Source: Lytechinus pictus
Lineage: Eukaryota
Assembly: GCF_037042905.1 (NCBI RefSeq)
Contig: NC_087254.1
Span: forward strand, 24,738,001 to 24,802,000
Direction of reading: 5' to 3'
Length of the DNA: 64,000 nucleotides
Below, piece by piece: positions 62,001 to 64,000 of the stretch (its first letter is position 1; the number at the start of each line of letters is the position of its first letter). Made by a program: the position numbers and the translations under genes. The notes under the pieces are model-generated. The model searched no databases. It was not told where the DNA came from and was given only the letters and a program-made list of their open reading frames with translations.

Positions 62001-63500
62001 ATCTGCCTCTCATTTTTTTTCTCTCTTTCCGTATCTTTAAGCTAATTGTGATATATGTGTAAGCAATGGTTAATGTGGTATAGATGATATTTCCATCTTA
62101 CTTTACAATGCATTCAACTTAATCTAAACTAACCCCTCCTCTCCTCCCCATCTCTCACTCTTGGTTATTAAAATACAGGTATCATTGCACTGGAGCATCT
62201 TTCAACCCAGCCCGTAGCTTTGGACCCGCGGTCATATCAGGCTTCTGGGCAGAACACTACATCTACTGGGCTGGTCCAGCCATTGGTGGTCTCTTGGCAG
62301 GTCTCTTGTACAGGTATGTCCGTATGCAGCGAGTAGGGGGCGAGGGCACTGGCGTACCTAGGATTTTCCAGAAGGGGGGCAAATTTTTTGGAGGATATTT
62401 CGTCAGGGGGGGCAGGGATACGTCCCCTGCATGAGTTGTGACTCGTCAGGGGGCAGTCTGCCCCCCCCCCCCTTAGGTACGCTAGTGGGCGAAGGGCAGT
62501 CAGTGCCCCCCCCCCCCCTCAGAAATTTTCAAAACTTACATTTTTACTGAAAAGTTTCACAAATTCACCAAAGGTGTGCACGAAATACTTAACTTCCACT
62601 TTTTAGAAATTGCGTCTTGCCCCCCACCCCCACTAATAAAAATATAACTTTCAATTCATTTCCTATATTTCCACAATAACAGCAAAGTAATTAGAGTTTA
62701 TACAAATCAAAATCAATATTTGAAAAATACAATTCATATTACTTAGCAATATAACATAACAATACATTCAAACTAGTAGTTTGATAATTATATTGGAAAT
62801 TCAAAACTGCATTACGGAGGAAGGAAAAGCATAGAATTAGAATCAGGTCCCTTATAGCATTAAATTAATGGTATAATTGTTGTTATCTTGCCTCTAAGAG
62901 AAATATCTACCTCTTTATGATATCTAAAGAGATTTGGTTTTCAAAGAGTTATGATTACTCTTGAAACGTGAAATTCATCTCTCCACTTCTTATGGTTCAA
63001 CGAGATTAAGCCACATCATACTATTCGATTCTTCGTAATAGCTTTATATTCTTCTGTTCTTCTGTTAATTTAATTTCAATATAGTTTTATATCTGGTTTT
63101 ATTTTAATATTGACAATGATTGATTTCCCCCTACTAGGGTAGCCTGCTCGACAAGCCATCTGGCTTTTTGTGGCTTTCCCGTAATTCCTGTTATAACTAC
63201 AATATGTTAACATTATTCGTATATGCCATGTATACCAAATTATTGTTTAATCTTTGCTTTCCTGTTGTGTAAAAATATATGTATTTTTTGTAATGTTATT
63301 TTTATATGGAATTTGAAATAAATGAACTGAACTGAACTTTATATGACAGTGCGGGACAATTTTTTTTTTATGTTAAGATGTGACGATAAGTTAACAAAAT
63401 AATAATGTACAATATTGATCTAATTTTCTATCCCTCATCTTTCCTCTTTTTTAGGTTGATTCTCGGAGATAGGAAGAAGCGTTTCATCCTCAAACATTAA
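56031..63500 (+). CDS. AQP8: Aquaporin-8-like MIP channel, 265 aa, 5 exons
   Basis: Exons 56031-56269, 60703-60829, 61371-61621, 62179-62313, 63455-63500; 798 nt. AEFAGT in TM1, SGGLFNPG in loop [13 protein letters not shown] in loop E, HYIYWAGP, and C-terminus [13 protein letters not shown] resembling AQP8. Confidence 0.88.
58505..59717 (+). mobile_element. 5'-truncated, frameshifted LINE (CR1/L2/Crack-like) with (AATC)n tail
   Basis: [32 protein letters not shown]...[10 protein letters not shown]...LNKFK; AATAAAG followed by (AATC)n at 59691-59717. Confidence 0.8.
60966..61232. repeat. Compound (GAT/GAC/GGT)n trinucleotide microsatellite in aquaporin intron 2
   Basis: About 85 imperfect triplets, followed by a CT repeat. 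Confidence 0.9.
62348..62487. mobile_element. Short MITE CACTGGCGTACCTA...TAGGTACGCTAGTG
   Basis: Imperfect TIR; flanks GGCGAGGG / GGCGAAGG look like an 8-bp TSD. Confidence 0.65.
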
Positions 63501-64000
63501 GTCAAGACAACTACCATATAGGTCAACATGTTCTCATTCTGGACTACATAAACATGGAAGAGGGTCATCACAAACTTAACATCTTGTTGCCTAACCATAA
63601 ATAACAAAAGTTTACCTGGTTAATGAAAAATAACTTCTATCCGGATATATCACAAAAATAGAAAATACACTCTAAACTAGATTATATGGGGATGAAGCTA
63701 CTTACTCTATACTGTTAAAACAAAGTCGCACGTGAAACTATTGATATTTTCATACTTAAGAGAAAGACATTCAAGATATTTACATCGAGAAAATATCAGA
63801 AGTCTATACAACCCACTGTAAATTTTAGATATGTTGAATACAAATATTACATCTGGTAAAGAGAAATATTGTATCATTTCTGCACAATTTATCAAATAGC
63901 AACTCACACCATAAACAAATTTTTAGTGTACATAGTAGTGAAGTACTTTAAAAGCAAAATTACATAAGCAGATAAGTCAGCATTTAGTATAATCTTTCTG

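Overview
AT-rich, intron-rich eukaryotic DNA. The repeat repertoire (TTAA-flanked MITEs, Helentron-associated elements, a tRNA-derived SINE) looks like a marine invertebrate, probably an echinoid; that assignment is inference. Four spliced genes were rebuilt by hand from GT-AG boundaries and all have intact frames: an Amun/zgc:112496-like HhH DNA-glycosylase-fold gene (+, 5 exons, 240 aa), CCDC57 (+, 19 coding exons, 1092 aa), ICT1/MRPL58 (-, 6 exons, 206 aa) and an AQP8-like aquaporin (+, 5 exons, 265 aa). There is also a tRNA-Leu(AAG) gene head-to-head with ICT1. Introns and intergenic DNA are packed with nested non-autonomous DNA transposons, many with readable TSDs. The most notable observations are: (1) a ~170-bp MITE that starts with GT, duplicates CAG and sits on exon|intron junctions, i.e. 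an introner-like or recursively spliceable element; (2) a ~420-bp TAGA...TCTA element with 9-bp TSDs and a hairpin at each end, carrying an ETS motif plus a splice donor, found near the 5' ends of two genes; (3) an 8.46-kb transposase-less piggyBac-type element full of captured cargo; (4) an aquaporin with NPG instead of NPA and Glu at the ar/R His position. Almost all other ORFs in the supplied track are spurious.
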